This document shows, piece after piece, positions 7,477-15,655 of a stretch of DNA of 25,606 nt (positions within the stretch are counted from its first letter, which is position 1; each line of letters starts with the position of its first letter). The stretch lies in the IMG/VR virus record IMGVR_UViG_3300005804_000114, positions 1 to 25,606 of that record. One strand, written 5' to 3'. The DNA comes from a virus (lineage: Duplodnaviria; Caudoviricetes). The position numbers and the translations under genes are program-made. The notes beneath the pieces were generated by a model. It was given only the letters and a program-made list of their open reading frames with translations, did not search any database and had not been told where the DNA came from.

Positions 7477-8165
7477 GTGAAATAACAGGATTATCCATAA
7501 TTGAATCTATAAATCCTTCCGTAATGACAACATCCTTGCAAAAGATACATCAATTTCAGCAGCTGGTACAAAGCCAGATGAAACAAAACCACGATTATGG
7601 GATTATCCCCGGAACAGAAAAGCCAACACTTTTAAAACCGGGAGCCGAGAAAATATTAATGCTAATGGGATTAACTTCAGAGTTTGACATAGTTGAAAGC
7701 ACAAGGGGCTTTGATCTTGGTTTCTTTCAATATCAGGTTAAATGCTGTCTCTATAAAAACGGAATATGTATTACCCAAGGAATGGGAGCAGCTAATACCA
7801 AAGAACGCAAATATATTAAGATGGATGCCTATACAATGGACAACACCGTCTTAAAAATGGCTAAGAAAAGGGCATTAGTGGACGCCGCCTTATTAGTTGG
7901 TTCTCTATCGGATGTATTTACCCAGGATATTGAGGATATGGACTTAACTGGCCAACAGGCGAGCGGACAGCAGAAATATGCAACCGATAACTCGGGAACA
8001 ATCTCATAGGCTCAAGCTAAGCGTATCTTTGGAATTGCCAAGGGCAATAACGAATTAGTCAAAAAAACGCTTGATAAATACGGATACAAAAACAGCACCG
8101 ATGTTAACAAACTTGACTATGACAAAATCTGTATTGAGATCGAACAAGCCGTAACTGGCGAATAA
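7473..8165 (+). CDS. Putative single-strand annealing recombinase (Rad52/ERF-like) with an in-frame TAG at 8007-8009
   Basis: KPTLLKPGAEK, NTVLKMAKKRALVDA and FTQDIED motifs; the frame continues 51 codons past TAG (IS*AQAKRIFGIA...) to a TAA overlapping the next SD. Confidence 0.65.
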
Positions 8166-8180
8166 GGAGGATAAGCACTA

Positions 8181-8828
8181 ATGATAATCACTGGGAAGAT
8201 CATAGATTCAACCGAAGATGAAATACTCATTAGTGCTTTTTTCCCCTCGTACTTTATTGAAAAACGACAAATTAGTGAAGTTGAGATAACCATCACAGAT
8301 GGTCGTCAAATCAGCGCAGAGCAGCGTAAAAAAATATATGCAACCATCCGGGACATATCCCTCTATACCGGTCATGATCCGGAGGAACTAAAGGCAATAT
8401 TTAAAGCAGATTACATAGCAAAGACCGGCGAGAAATGGCTTTCGCTTTCAGACGTAGACATGACAACGGCCTGTGACTTTTTGCAACACTTGATTGAGTT
8501 TTGCATAGATAACGGCATCCCGTCAAAGGACAGTTACCTTGACCGTACACCGGATATTGGAAGGTATTTATACCGGTGCTTAGCGACTCGTACATGTGCT
8601 ATTTGCGGCAAAAAAGCAGAGGTACATCATTCCGGCGAAAGTAAAATCGGCATGGGTAGGAATCGGACAAAAATACATCATTTAGGACTACAGGCGGTCG
8701 CTTTATGTCGGCAGCACCATGAATTTGGTATTCATTTAGTGCCGGAATCAGAGTTCTATGAACTGCATCATATATGGGCTATTCGTCTAGATGAATACCT
8801 ATGCAAAAAATTAGGATTAAAGGTTTAG
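8181..8828 (+). CDS. Putative HNHc nuclease (phage DUF968-like)
   Basis: DGRQISAEQRKKIYA N-terminus; CAICG...HH...IGMGRNR...LCRQHH. Confidence 0.8.
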   Translation: MIITGKIIDSTEDEILISAFFPSYFIEKRQISEVEITITDGRQISAEQRKKIYATIRDISLYTGHDPEELKAIFKADYIAKTGEKWLSLSDVDMTTACDFLQHLIEFCIDNGIPSKDSYLDRTPDIGRYLYRCLATRTCAICGKKAEVHHSGESKIGMGRNRTKIHHLGLQAVALCRQHHEFGIHLVPESEFYELHHIWAIRLDEYLCKKLGLKV

Positions 8829-8842
8829 GAGGAGAAGAAAAG

Positions 8843-9291
8843 ATGATTCAAAAAAGAAAGGCGAAAAAACTATACAGCTTATCAGCTATTTATATGGAGA
8901 ACCTGACGAAGTAATAAACCTTTTCGATTTTACAATATGCTGTTCGGCTATGACCATATCGAGACACGAAGTAATCGTGGAATCTTCGGATGAAACACCA
9001 TTCGATGAACCAGTTACCACAACAGAATTACACGGGAATTTAATTTTACATGACGATTACTTTGAACATCTTTCCGGAAGAAGATTAGAATTCATCGGTA
9101 CTCCCTTACCACTCAGTTCTTTGAATCGTGCTTTTAAATTTGTCAGACGTGGTTACAGCATATGTGATGAAAACATAATTAAAGTGTCCGAGGCTATATT
9201 CCGGCAAGTTAATTTCGATGATGAAGATAATCTAACCCAACACCTTGCGGGTATAGATCTTAATGGCAGAGGTATTAGAGTTATTGATTAG
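8843..9291 (+). pseudogene. Frameshifted or 5'-truncated protein resembling the C-terminal half of phage nucleotidyltransferase-fold proteins
   Basis: The SD-supported ATG at 8843 is out of frame with the long frame, which reads IQLISYLYGEPDEVINLFDFTIC before ATG 8950. Confidence 0.4.
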
Positions 9292-9350
9292 TCTAAGTTT
9301 TCCCCGCTTTCCCAAGTAGTTACCGAATGGAGCGAACCGACTGTCTGGGT

Positions 9351-9399
9351 TAATCCTCCCCCTCATAGCGTAGCCGGGAACATAACCGGCTGCGCACCC
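9351..9399 (+). other. C/U-rich tract plus 10-bp GC hairpin
   Basis: TAATCCTCCCCCTCATA then GCGTAGCCGG / CCGGCTGCGC; no U tail. Confidence 0.55.
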
Positions 9400-9419
9400 C
9401 AAAGATTGGAGATGAGAGA

Positions 9420-9788
9420 ATGAAAAATATAAGGTTTCGAGCTTGGTGTAGAAACGCAAAATGCATAAAAAAAGTTATTTCAATGTTTTTTGATGACTTT
9501 GGGAATATTTCCAGTGTTTTACTTGATGAATGCGAAGATATCGAAGATACCGAAGACGTTGAGATAATGCAATATACCGGACTTAAAGACAAGAACGGCA
9601 AGGAAATCTACGAAGGGGATATCTTCCGCGATTCGTTAGGTTATATGGCAGTTGTAGAATGGGATAATGACAACGGTAGATTTTTGGGATTTACGTTTGG
9701 AAATGAAAGAAAAATCATCTATGTTGGCAAAGAACCAAAGGTTGAGGTCATCGGCAATATTCACGAAAACCCCGCCTTACTTAAATAG
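9420..9788 (+). CDS. YopX-family phage protein
   Basis: IRFRAW, MQYTGLKDKNGKEIYEGDI and EVIGNIHENP motifs. Confidence 0.92.
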   Translation: MKNIRFRAWCRNAKCIKKVISMFFDDFGNISSVLLDECEDIEDTEDVEIMQYTGLKDKNGKEIYEGDIFRDSLGYMAVVEWDNDNGRFLGFTFGNERKIIYVGKEPKVEVIGNIHENPALLK

Positions 9789-9792
9789 CGTG

Positions 9793-9887
9793 TCCCTTCC
9801 CTATAGGCATAGGCCGTAAGCCATGCGGTCTATGCCACCATTAAGTAATCCCCTCCCTTTCTATAGCGGCCTGCTCAGGTGGGCCGC
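9793..9887 (+). other. Two further C/U-tract plus GC hairpin units
   Basis: Stems 9806-9818/9824-9836 (followed by ACCA) and 9866-9874/9879-9887. Confidence 0.55.
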
Positions 9888-9916
9888 AGTTCTAAAACCT
9901 TTTAAGGAGAAAAAAT

Positions 9917-10093
9917 ATGCCAAAGTACAAAGGAAAATACAAAAAGTCTCGTTCCTGCATTCACGCCGAACAACCATTAATGTTTATGGTTATCGTTAAG
10001 GATACATGCCCTAAGAAGGTTAAATTTTCAAGCGCCTATATGGTTGATAAGCCGACCTGTGAAGAGTGCGAATGTCACGAACCGAAGGAGTGA
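9917..10093 (+). CDS. Small Cys-containing hypothetical protein (58 aa)
   Basis: SD AAGGAG; MPKYKGKYKKSRSC...CEECEC. Confidence 0.55.
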   Translation: MPKYKGKYKKSRSCIHAEQPLMFMVIVKDTCPKKVKFSSAYMVDKPTCEECECHEPKE

Positions 10094-10102
10094 TACTCCT
10101 GA

Positions 10103-10900
10103 ATGGCAGACGGATGGATCAAATTACATCGAAAAGTTTTAGAAAGTAAAACCTTCTCAAAGCTTACTGCTATTCAAAAACTGATTGCCATTTATATAAT
10201 CTTGAACGCAAACCACGAGGATGGAGAATGGCATGACAGTTACAAGAATATCAAAGTTCCGGTTAAAAGAGGCCAGCTTATAACTTCCAGAAATAAAATC
10301 AAAGAGTGGTTCAATTACGATAAAGAAATAACAGACCAGAAAATTAGAACTACTCTAAATAAATTAACTGGTGAATTTTTAACCATTGAAACAACCAAGA
10401 ACTATACCATCATAACTGTGCTTAATTACGAGGTTTATCAGAAAAAAGACAAGGAAGATAACCAAGACATCAACCAAGAAATAACCAAGGAACAACCAAG
10501 GACTAACCAAGGACTAACCACAAACAAGAATGATAAGAAAGAATTAATATATACAGTGTTTTCACATTGGAACTCTAAGGAAATTATCACTCATAAACAA
10601 TTATCGGAAAAACAGTCTGGACATATAAACGCAAAACTTGAATCAGGTTATACACTCGAAGAAATTTTAAAGGCAATAGATAATTACGCAACCGTCCTGA
10701 AAGAAGATAAATATTTCTGGACTTACAAATGGAAACTTGACGAATTTCTTGTTCGTGGTCTTGACCAATTTATTGACAAAAATGAACCTTTAAAAAATTT
10801 TCAAAGAAACAAAGGGGAGAATAGTCAAAAGATGCCATTGCCATTAGACAAACCAAGGATAGTAAGGAGTGTTGAAGATGTATCAAGACCTGGAAAGTGA
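10103..10900 (+). CDS. Phage replication initiator protein
   Basis: GWIKLHRK...NANH...RGQLITS N-terminus; internal iterons; upstream of helicase. Confidence 0.85.
   Translation: MADGWIKLHRKVLESKTFSKLTAIQKLIAIYIILNANHEDGEWHDSYKNIKVPVKRGQLITSRNKIKEWFNYDKEITDQKIRTTLNKLTGEFLTIETTKNYTIITVLNYEVYQKKDKEDNQDINQEITKEQPRTNQGLTTNKNDKKELIYTVFSHWNSKEIITHKQLSEKQSGHINAKLESGYTLEEILKAIDNYATVLKEDKYFWTYKWKLDEFLVRGLDQFIDKNEPLKNFQRNKGENSQKMPLPLDKPRIVRSVEDVSRPGK
10460..10522 (+). repeat. Iterons of the phage replication origin (AACCAAG, ~11-bp period)
   Basis: Copies start at 10460, 10472, 10483, 10494, 10505 and 10516 (last is AACCACA). Confidence 0.75.
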
Positions 10901-12125
10901 ACGATGTTTAATATCTTCCATGCTTGAAGGCGAAGATTCCTTGATTGAGGGTTGTGCAGCACTTGAACCGGAAGACTTTACAGAAAAAAAACACATAATC
11001 ATTTTTGACATCCTTACCAAACTATACCAACGAGCCGTAAAACCGACTTTTCTCGAAATAGTCAAAGAGGGTAAATTGAGCAAAGAGGACAGATATTATC
11101 TCCAACAGATTAGCGGATATCATGTATCTTCAGTAAATCTTCCGTACTGGTTAGAGAATGTTAAAGACAAATCTAACCGAAGAAAGCTCAGGATATCCTT
11201 GATGAAAATGGCTGAGGACTTAAAGAATCCTGACATAAAAACTGAAGACCTAATCAGTGAAGCACAAAAGAATATTATCGAGATAACCACCAAGTCTGTT
11301 GAAAAAGTTGATACCGGAAAAGAATTGGCCGATCTCGCCAGAACAGTCATTAAAGACAAAATGGAACACAAAGGAGAACTCGAAGGAATACCTACAGGTA
11401 TTAAAGCTTTAGATCGACTTACAGCAGGATTTAAGCCCGGGGAACTAATTTTACTAACTGCTGAATCAGGACATGGGAAAACCGCATTTGCTCAAAACTT
11501 TATTCTAAAAGGTTGTTTTATGCGGGAAGTACCAACACTCTATATTAACAGCGAAATGTCCAAAAAACAGATTGCCTTAAGATATAGTTCAATGCTTAGC
11601 GAAGTGAATGCAGACCGAATTAAGTACGGAGAAATAGAACCCCAAGAATATAAGAGAGTAGATTCTGGTTTGAACATCATGGGATACGCTCCGTTCTATC
11701 ACTTCTTAAGCCCTGATTTATCCCTGAATAAAGTTGTTAGGGTAATCCGTAAGTATTTTGTGCAAAAAGAAATTAAGTACGTTGTTCTTGATTATGTTGG
11801 AAGAATGGACAAGCTGGATAAGGATATTAAAGAGTGGCAAGTCTTAGAAAACATTGTAAAAACATTAAAAACATTAGGCCAGGAACTTCAAATAGCTATT
11901 GTGGTTTTAGCTCAGTTAAACGAAGACCAAAAACTCCAAGCTGCTAAAAGAATGCGAAATGAAGCAGATATAATGCTAAAAATTTTCCCTATGTCCAAAG
12001 ACGACTTAGAAAAAGAAAAGGGCAATTATTGGCTGTTTCTTGACAAAAACAGAGACGGGCAAAGCGAGATAATGATACCTGTTTTATTTAAAAAAGAAAT
12101 ACTGCAAGTGGTTGACGTAACATGA
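10878..12125 (+). CDS. dnaB: DnaB-like replicative helicase
   Basis: GIPTGIKALD, Walker A AESGHGKT, SEMS, VVLDY, LAQLN and DKNRDG motifs. Confidence 0.93.
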   Translation: MYQDLESERCLISSMLEGEDSLIEGCAALEPEDFTEKKHIIIFDILTKLYQRAVKPTFLEIVKEGKLSKEDRYYLQQISGYHVSSVNLPYWLENVKDKSNRRKLRISLMKMAEDLKNPDIKTEDLISEAQKNIIEITTKSVEKVDTGKELADLARTVIKDKMEHKGELEGIPTGIKALDRLTAGFKPGELILLTAESGHGKTAFAQNFILKGCFMREVPTLYINSEMSKKQIALRYSSMLSEVNADRIKYGEIEPQEYKRVDSGLNIMGYAPFYHFLSPDLSLNKVVRVIRKYFVQKEIKYVVLDYVGRMDKLDKDIKEWQVLENIVKTLKTLGQELQIAIVVLAQLNEDQKLQAAKRMRNEADIMLKIFPMSKDDLEKEKGNYWLFLDKNRDGQSEIMIPVLFKKEILQVVDVT

Positions 12126-12349
12126 TTGATCTTATTGTCCAGTTCCAAAACACAATAATAACAATGTATCAGAACAATAGGCTGACCGAAGAAGAATTTG
12201 AGATTTTAGCTGGACTATCAGAGAACATAAGTGATGAAATGGTTCTGAATCTGATTATGGCTTTAAAAGCCGAAGACCTAAAAGACAAAGACATTGTTGA
12301 TTGCATCATAAACAAACACTATAAAACCGCTTTACAGATTGTTACTTAA
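12122..12349 (+). CDS. Hypothetical protein
   Basis: ATGA-coupled to dnaB. Confidence 0.6.
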   Translation: MIDLIVQFQNTIITMYQNNRLTEEEFEILAGLSENISDEMVLNLIMALKAEDLKDKDIVDCIINKHYKTALQIVT

Positions 12350-12369
12350 AGGATAAGGGAGGGAACTCT

Positions 12370-12594
12370 ATGATCTGCTCGATCTGCTCTGGCAAAGGAT
12401 ATGTCGTTGTAAAGAGGTTTGATCCGATGTACGGTTGCGAAATAGATTTCATGAAACACTGTTCATGCCAAAGTGGGGAGCCGTACCAATATCAGGGAAA
12501 CGGATTTCAAATAGGTTCCTACGCCGAACACGCCGAGAAGGAAAGAAGGTTTGAGGAACGGATAAAAAGCCTTTTGGAAAGGGTTACGATATGA
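12370..12594 (+). CDS. Small Zn-finger-like protein
   Basis: CSICSGKG...CSC; SD GGGAGGG. Confidence 0.65.
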   Translation: MICSICSGKGYVVVKRFDPMYGCEIDFMKHCSCQSGEPYQYQGNGFQIGSYAEHAEKERRFEERIKSLLERVTI

Positions 12595-12794
12595 ACGCTC
12601 AAAAAGCCTTAGAATACAGAGATCCCCAAAAGGTAGTGTTTGAACCAACCGAAGGCATGGGTAAAATGCCAAAATGTCCGAGGTGCAAAGCGGTATTCAT
12701 AACCAAGTATGGGTTGACAAGCTTCTGCGGGAACTGCGGTCAAAGACTCAACTGGCGGAGCTTGCTGGATGATTTGAGGGAGGATGAAGCGTGA
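12591..12794 (+). CDS. Zn-ribbon phage protein
   Basis: CPRC...FCGNCGQRLNW. Confidence 0.7.
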   Translation: MNAQKALEYRDPQKVVFEPTEGMGKMPKCPRCKAVFITKYGLTSFCGNCGQRLNWRSLLDDLREDEA

Positions 12795-13681
12795 ACATAT
12801 GCCTGATAGACGCTGACAGTAAAATTCCAAATCTTGCTCTCATGAAAATATCGGCATGGCATAAAGCACAAGGCGATCAGGTTTCCTGGTACAATGCGAT
12901 GTTTCATGTCAAAGAGAATAAACCAGACAAGATTTATGCCAGCAAGGTTTTTACCTTCACCGAAGATTATCATTACTTTCCGCATGACGTTGAAGTTGTT
13001 AAGGGCGGGACCGGGTACGACATTAAAAAGACTTTACCTGATGAAATTGAAACCATATGTCCGGACTATTCGCTTTACGACATGGATCACTCACTCGGAT
13101 TTCTTACGAGAGGTTGCCCCAATAAATGCTCATGGTGCTTTGTACCGAAGAAAGAAGGAAATATCAGACCGGCGCAGGACATTGAAGAGTTCTTGAGACA
13201 CGATAAGGCTATCTTGGCAGACAATAACGTCCTCGCTCACGATTGGGGAATTAAGCAGATTGAGAAGATTATCAAACTCAAAGTGAAGGTTGATTTTAAC
13301 CAAGGACTTGACGCGAGACTGATTAACGATTCCACGGCGAAACTTCTCTCTAAGGTTAGATGGCTTAATCCCATCAGGTTAGCGTGTGACACCGAAGGCC
13401 AAATGAAGCATGTTCAGAAGGCCGTGGAGCTTCTTAGGTGGTACAATGCAACGCCGGCAAGGTATTCCTGTTATGTTCTTCTAAAACCGGGGAAAATTGA
13501 CGATTGCTTGAAAAGAGTAAAGTTCCTAAAGGGGATCTGCATTGACCCATTCGTTCAACCTTTTCAGCCGCCAAAAGGGAGAATAATCCCGCAGGATGAA
13601 AAGGATTTGGCAAGGTATTGTGACATGAAAGCAACTTTTAAAAGCGTTTGGTGGGAAGATTACAAAAAGACTGGAGCGTGA
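12791..13681 (+). CDS. Phage radical SAM protein
   Basis: PNLALMKISAWHK N-terminus; TRGCPNKCSWC (CxxxCxxC); DNN and DFNQGLDARL motifs. Confidence 0.88.
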   Translation: MNICLIDADSKIPNLALMKISAWHKAQGDQVSWYNAMFHVKENKPDKIYASKVFTFTEDYHYFPHDVEVVKGGTGYDIKKTLPDEIETICPDYSLYDMDHSLGFLTRGCPNKCSWCFVPKKEGNIRPAQDIEEFLRHDKAILADNNVLAHDWGIKQIEKIIKLKVKVDFNQGLDARLINDSTAKLLSKVRWLNPIRLACDTEGQMKHVQKAVELLRWYNATPARYSCYVLLKPGKIDDCLKRVKFLKGICIDPFVQPFQPPKGRIIPQDEKDLARYCDMKATFKSVWWEDYKKTGA

Positions 13682-13685
13682 GAAT

Positions 13686-14219
13686 GTGAAAAAGTTAATA
13701 ACTCAAACAATTATAATCCTAATAATTGGATTCTCATTCGGCCTAAACGTAGCCCAAGCCCAAACAATAGAACTTCAGAACAAAGTCATAGACGGTCAGA
13801 TAAAAGACCTTTACCAGCAGATGAACGCACTGAACGAGGAAGTAAAAAGGCTTAAGGAGCCAGCTGGCATAACCGAGGAAGACCTTGAACTACTCTCTAA
13901 GCTCATCTACACAGAAGCTAGGGGAGAATCGTTTGAGGGGCAAGTTGCGGTGGCGGCAGTCGTTTTGAACCGGCTAAAAAGCCAAGATTTTCCCAAGAGC
14001 ATCCGGGAAGTAATTTACTCTGAGAACCAGTTTAATGGGGTCAAGAATCTTAAGTATGTTACTCCGACCGAGAAGAATATTCGGGCAGCCAAACGAGCAT
14101 TGATGGGTTTTGACCCTACAAATGGGGCGGTGTTTTACTGGACGAAGAACACGAAAGGAAAATGGTTCAGATCCCGCGAGGTTAAACAGGTTATCGGGAA
14201 CCATCAGTTCTGTAGTTGA
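13686..14219 (+). CDS. Secreted cell-wall hydrolase (Hydrolase_2, SleB/CwlJ-like)
   Basis: Signal peptide ending AQA; coiled coil; EARGE, VAAVVLNR, DPTNGAVFY and IGNHQF motifs. Confidence 0.9.
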   Translation: MKKLITQTIIILIIGFSFGLNVAQAQTIELQNKVIDGQIKDLYQQMNALNEEVKRLKEPAGITEEDLELLSKLIYTEARGESFEGQVAVAAVVLNRLKSQDFPKSIREVIYSENQFNGVKNLKYVTPTEKNIRAAKRALMGFDPTNGAVFYWTKNTKGKWFRSREVKQVIGNHQFCS

Positions 14220-14343
14220 TGTTCTTCGTTAGAATCAAACCACAGCGACGAGAAGGCACCTGGAATTAATTAGGATAACCGATTAATAGATTCGGATTAA
14301 TTGGAAGTATGAAACGATTCTAGGGCAAATATGGAGGTGTGAA

Positions 14344-15432
14344 ATGAAAAACGAATTCAAAAGCAAAGTATATACAGATCGACCGGCGTACGCAGATTTC
14401 GATGCGCCGAGAAAATTTGAGGCGATAAAAAGTATAATTGCAAAAAGGCTGATCGAGCACCCGAACGCCATCTGCTCTTACTCTGGCGGAAGTGATAGCG
14501 ATATCATATTGCACCTTATTGAGTCAGTTCGTGAAATATTTAATCTCCCGCCTATTCAATATTGCTTTTTTAACACCGGTCTTGAAATGAAAGCGATAAA
14601 ACGTCACATTCGCGATATGGAGGAACTATATGGTATTACAATCTCTGAGCACCGGCCAAAAAAAAGCATAGTGCGGGCCACGCGAGAGTACGGACAGCCG
14701 TTTGTTTCAAAGATCATGTCAGCCGGGCTTGAGGGAATTCAGAAGAAAAACATTCCGCTATCGATTGCCGAAGAATACGCAGAAGCAGAAGACAAGGCGG
14801 CAAAACGCCTAGAACTTAAAAAGCGATATCCGGGGTGCGAAACAACGATTAACTTTCTATGCTGCTGCAACTCCAAAGGAGAACCACGGCCCGATATTCA
14901 GTTGGTCATAAATTCATCAAAATATATGCTGGACTTCATCAGAGAGAATCCAATCCCCTTTAAGGTAAGCAACAAATGCTGTGATTACTGCAAAAAACAA
15001 GTAGCGCATAACGTGCAAAAATCCTTTGAAATGGTCATCACCGGAGAACGCCGTGACGAGGGTGGAGTGAGGTCTGTCCCTCGCAAGGATAACACGTCAA
15101 TGTGCTTCTCGGAAGCAGCTGACGGCAAGTACAGGCTCCGACCACTATATTATGTGTCCGACGCGGATAAACAATGGTACAAAGACTACTACAAAATCCG
15201 TTATTCAGATGCCTATGAGGTGTACGGATTAACACGCACAGGGTGTTGCGGATGCTCCATATCGGCAAAAGCGGTAGAGGATTTGGAAAAGATACGACCA
15301 TTTGAGCCGAATTTAGTAAAGGCCGCGTGGAACGTGTTTGGTGACAGCTATAGATACCGCCAACAGTACAACGAGTATAAAGCGCGTAGGCGAAATGGAA
15401 ATCAACCGAGCATGTTCGATTTGGAGGTGTGA
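14344..15432 (+). CDS. PAPS-reductase-family (PP-loop) protein
   Basis: SYSGGSDS, FNTGLE, CC...KK, TGERRDEG and RTGCCGC motifs. Confidence 0.88.
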   Translation: MKNEFKSKVYTDRPAYADFDAPRKFEAIKSIIAKRLIEHPNAICSYSGGSDSDIILHLIESVREIFNLPPIQYCFFNTGLEMKAIKRHIRDMEELYGITISEHRPKKSIVRATREYGQPFVSKIMSAGLEGIQKKNIPLSIAEEYAEAEDKAAKRLELKKRYPGCETTINFLCCCNSKGEPRPDIQLVINSSKYMLDFIRENPIPFKVSNKCCDYCKKQVAHNVQKSFEMVITGERRDEGGVRSVPRKDNTSMCFSEAADGKYRLRPLYYVSDADKQWYKDYYKIRYSDAYEVYGLTRTGCCGCSISAKAVEDLEKIRPFEPNLVKAAWNVFGDSYRYRQQYNEYKARRRNGNQPSMFDLEV

Positions 15433-15436
15433 GAGA

Positions 15437-15655
15437 TTGGAGTTATACAGATTTAAACCAAACGTATTTATGAGTCCTTATGAGCTTAGAGGAATGATAG
15501 AAGCCACTAAGGATGATTATGAACAAGTAAAACTAGCCTACTGCCCGAAATACCAAGACCAATATTACGGCTGCCCGTCATGGAACAATGGCGAAGGGTC
15601 GGAAGAATGTTGTCAGTGCCGGATGGGGGTTTGGGAGGTGGTCAATAATGCCTGA
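15437..15655 (+). CDS. Small Cys-rich hypothetical protein
   Basis: TTG start after GGAGGTG; overlaps the next start. Confidence 0.55.
   Translation: MELYRFKPNVFMSPYELRGMIEATKDDYEQVKLAYCPKYQDQYYGCPSWNNGEGSEECCQCRMGVWEVVNNA

Noticed and set aside
14218-14310. Imperfect AT-rich hairpins between the hydrolase and PAPS-reductase genes
   Set aside because: Weak, mismatch-rich stems that are plausible by chance in AT-rich DNA.
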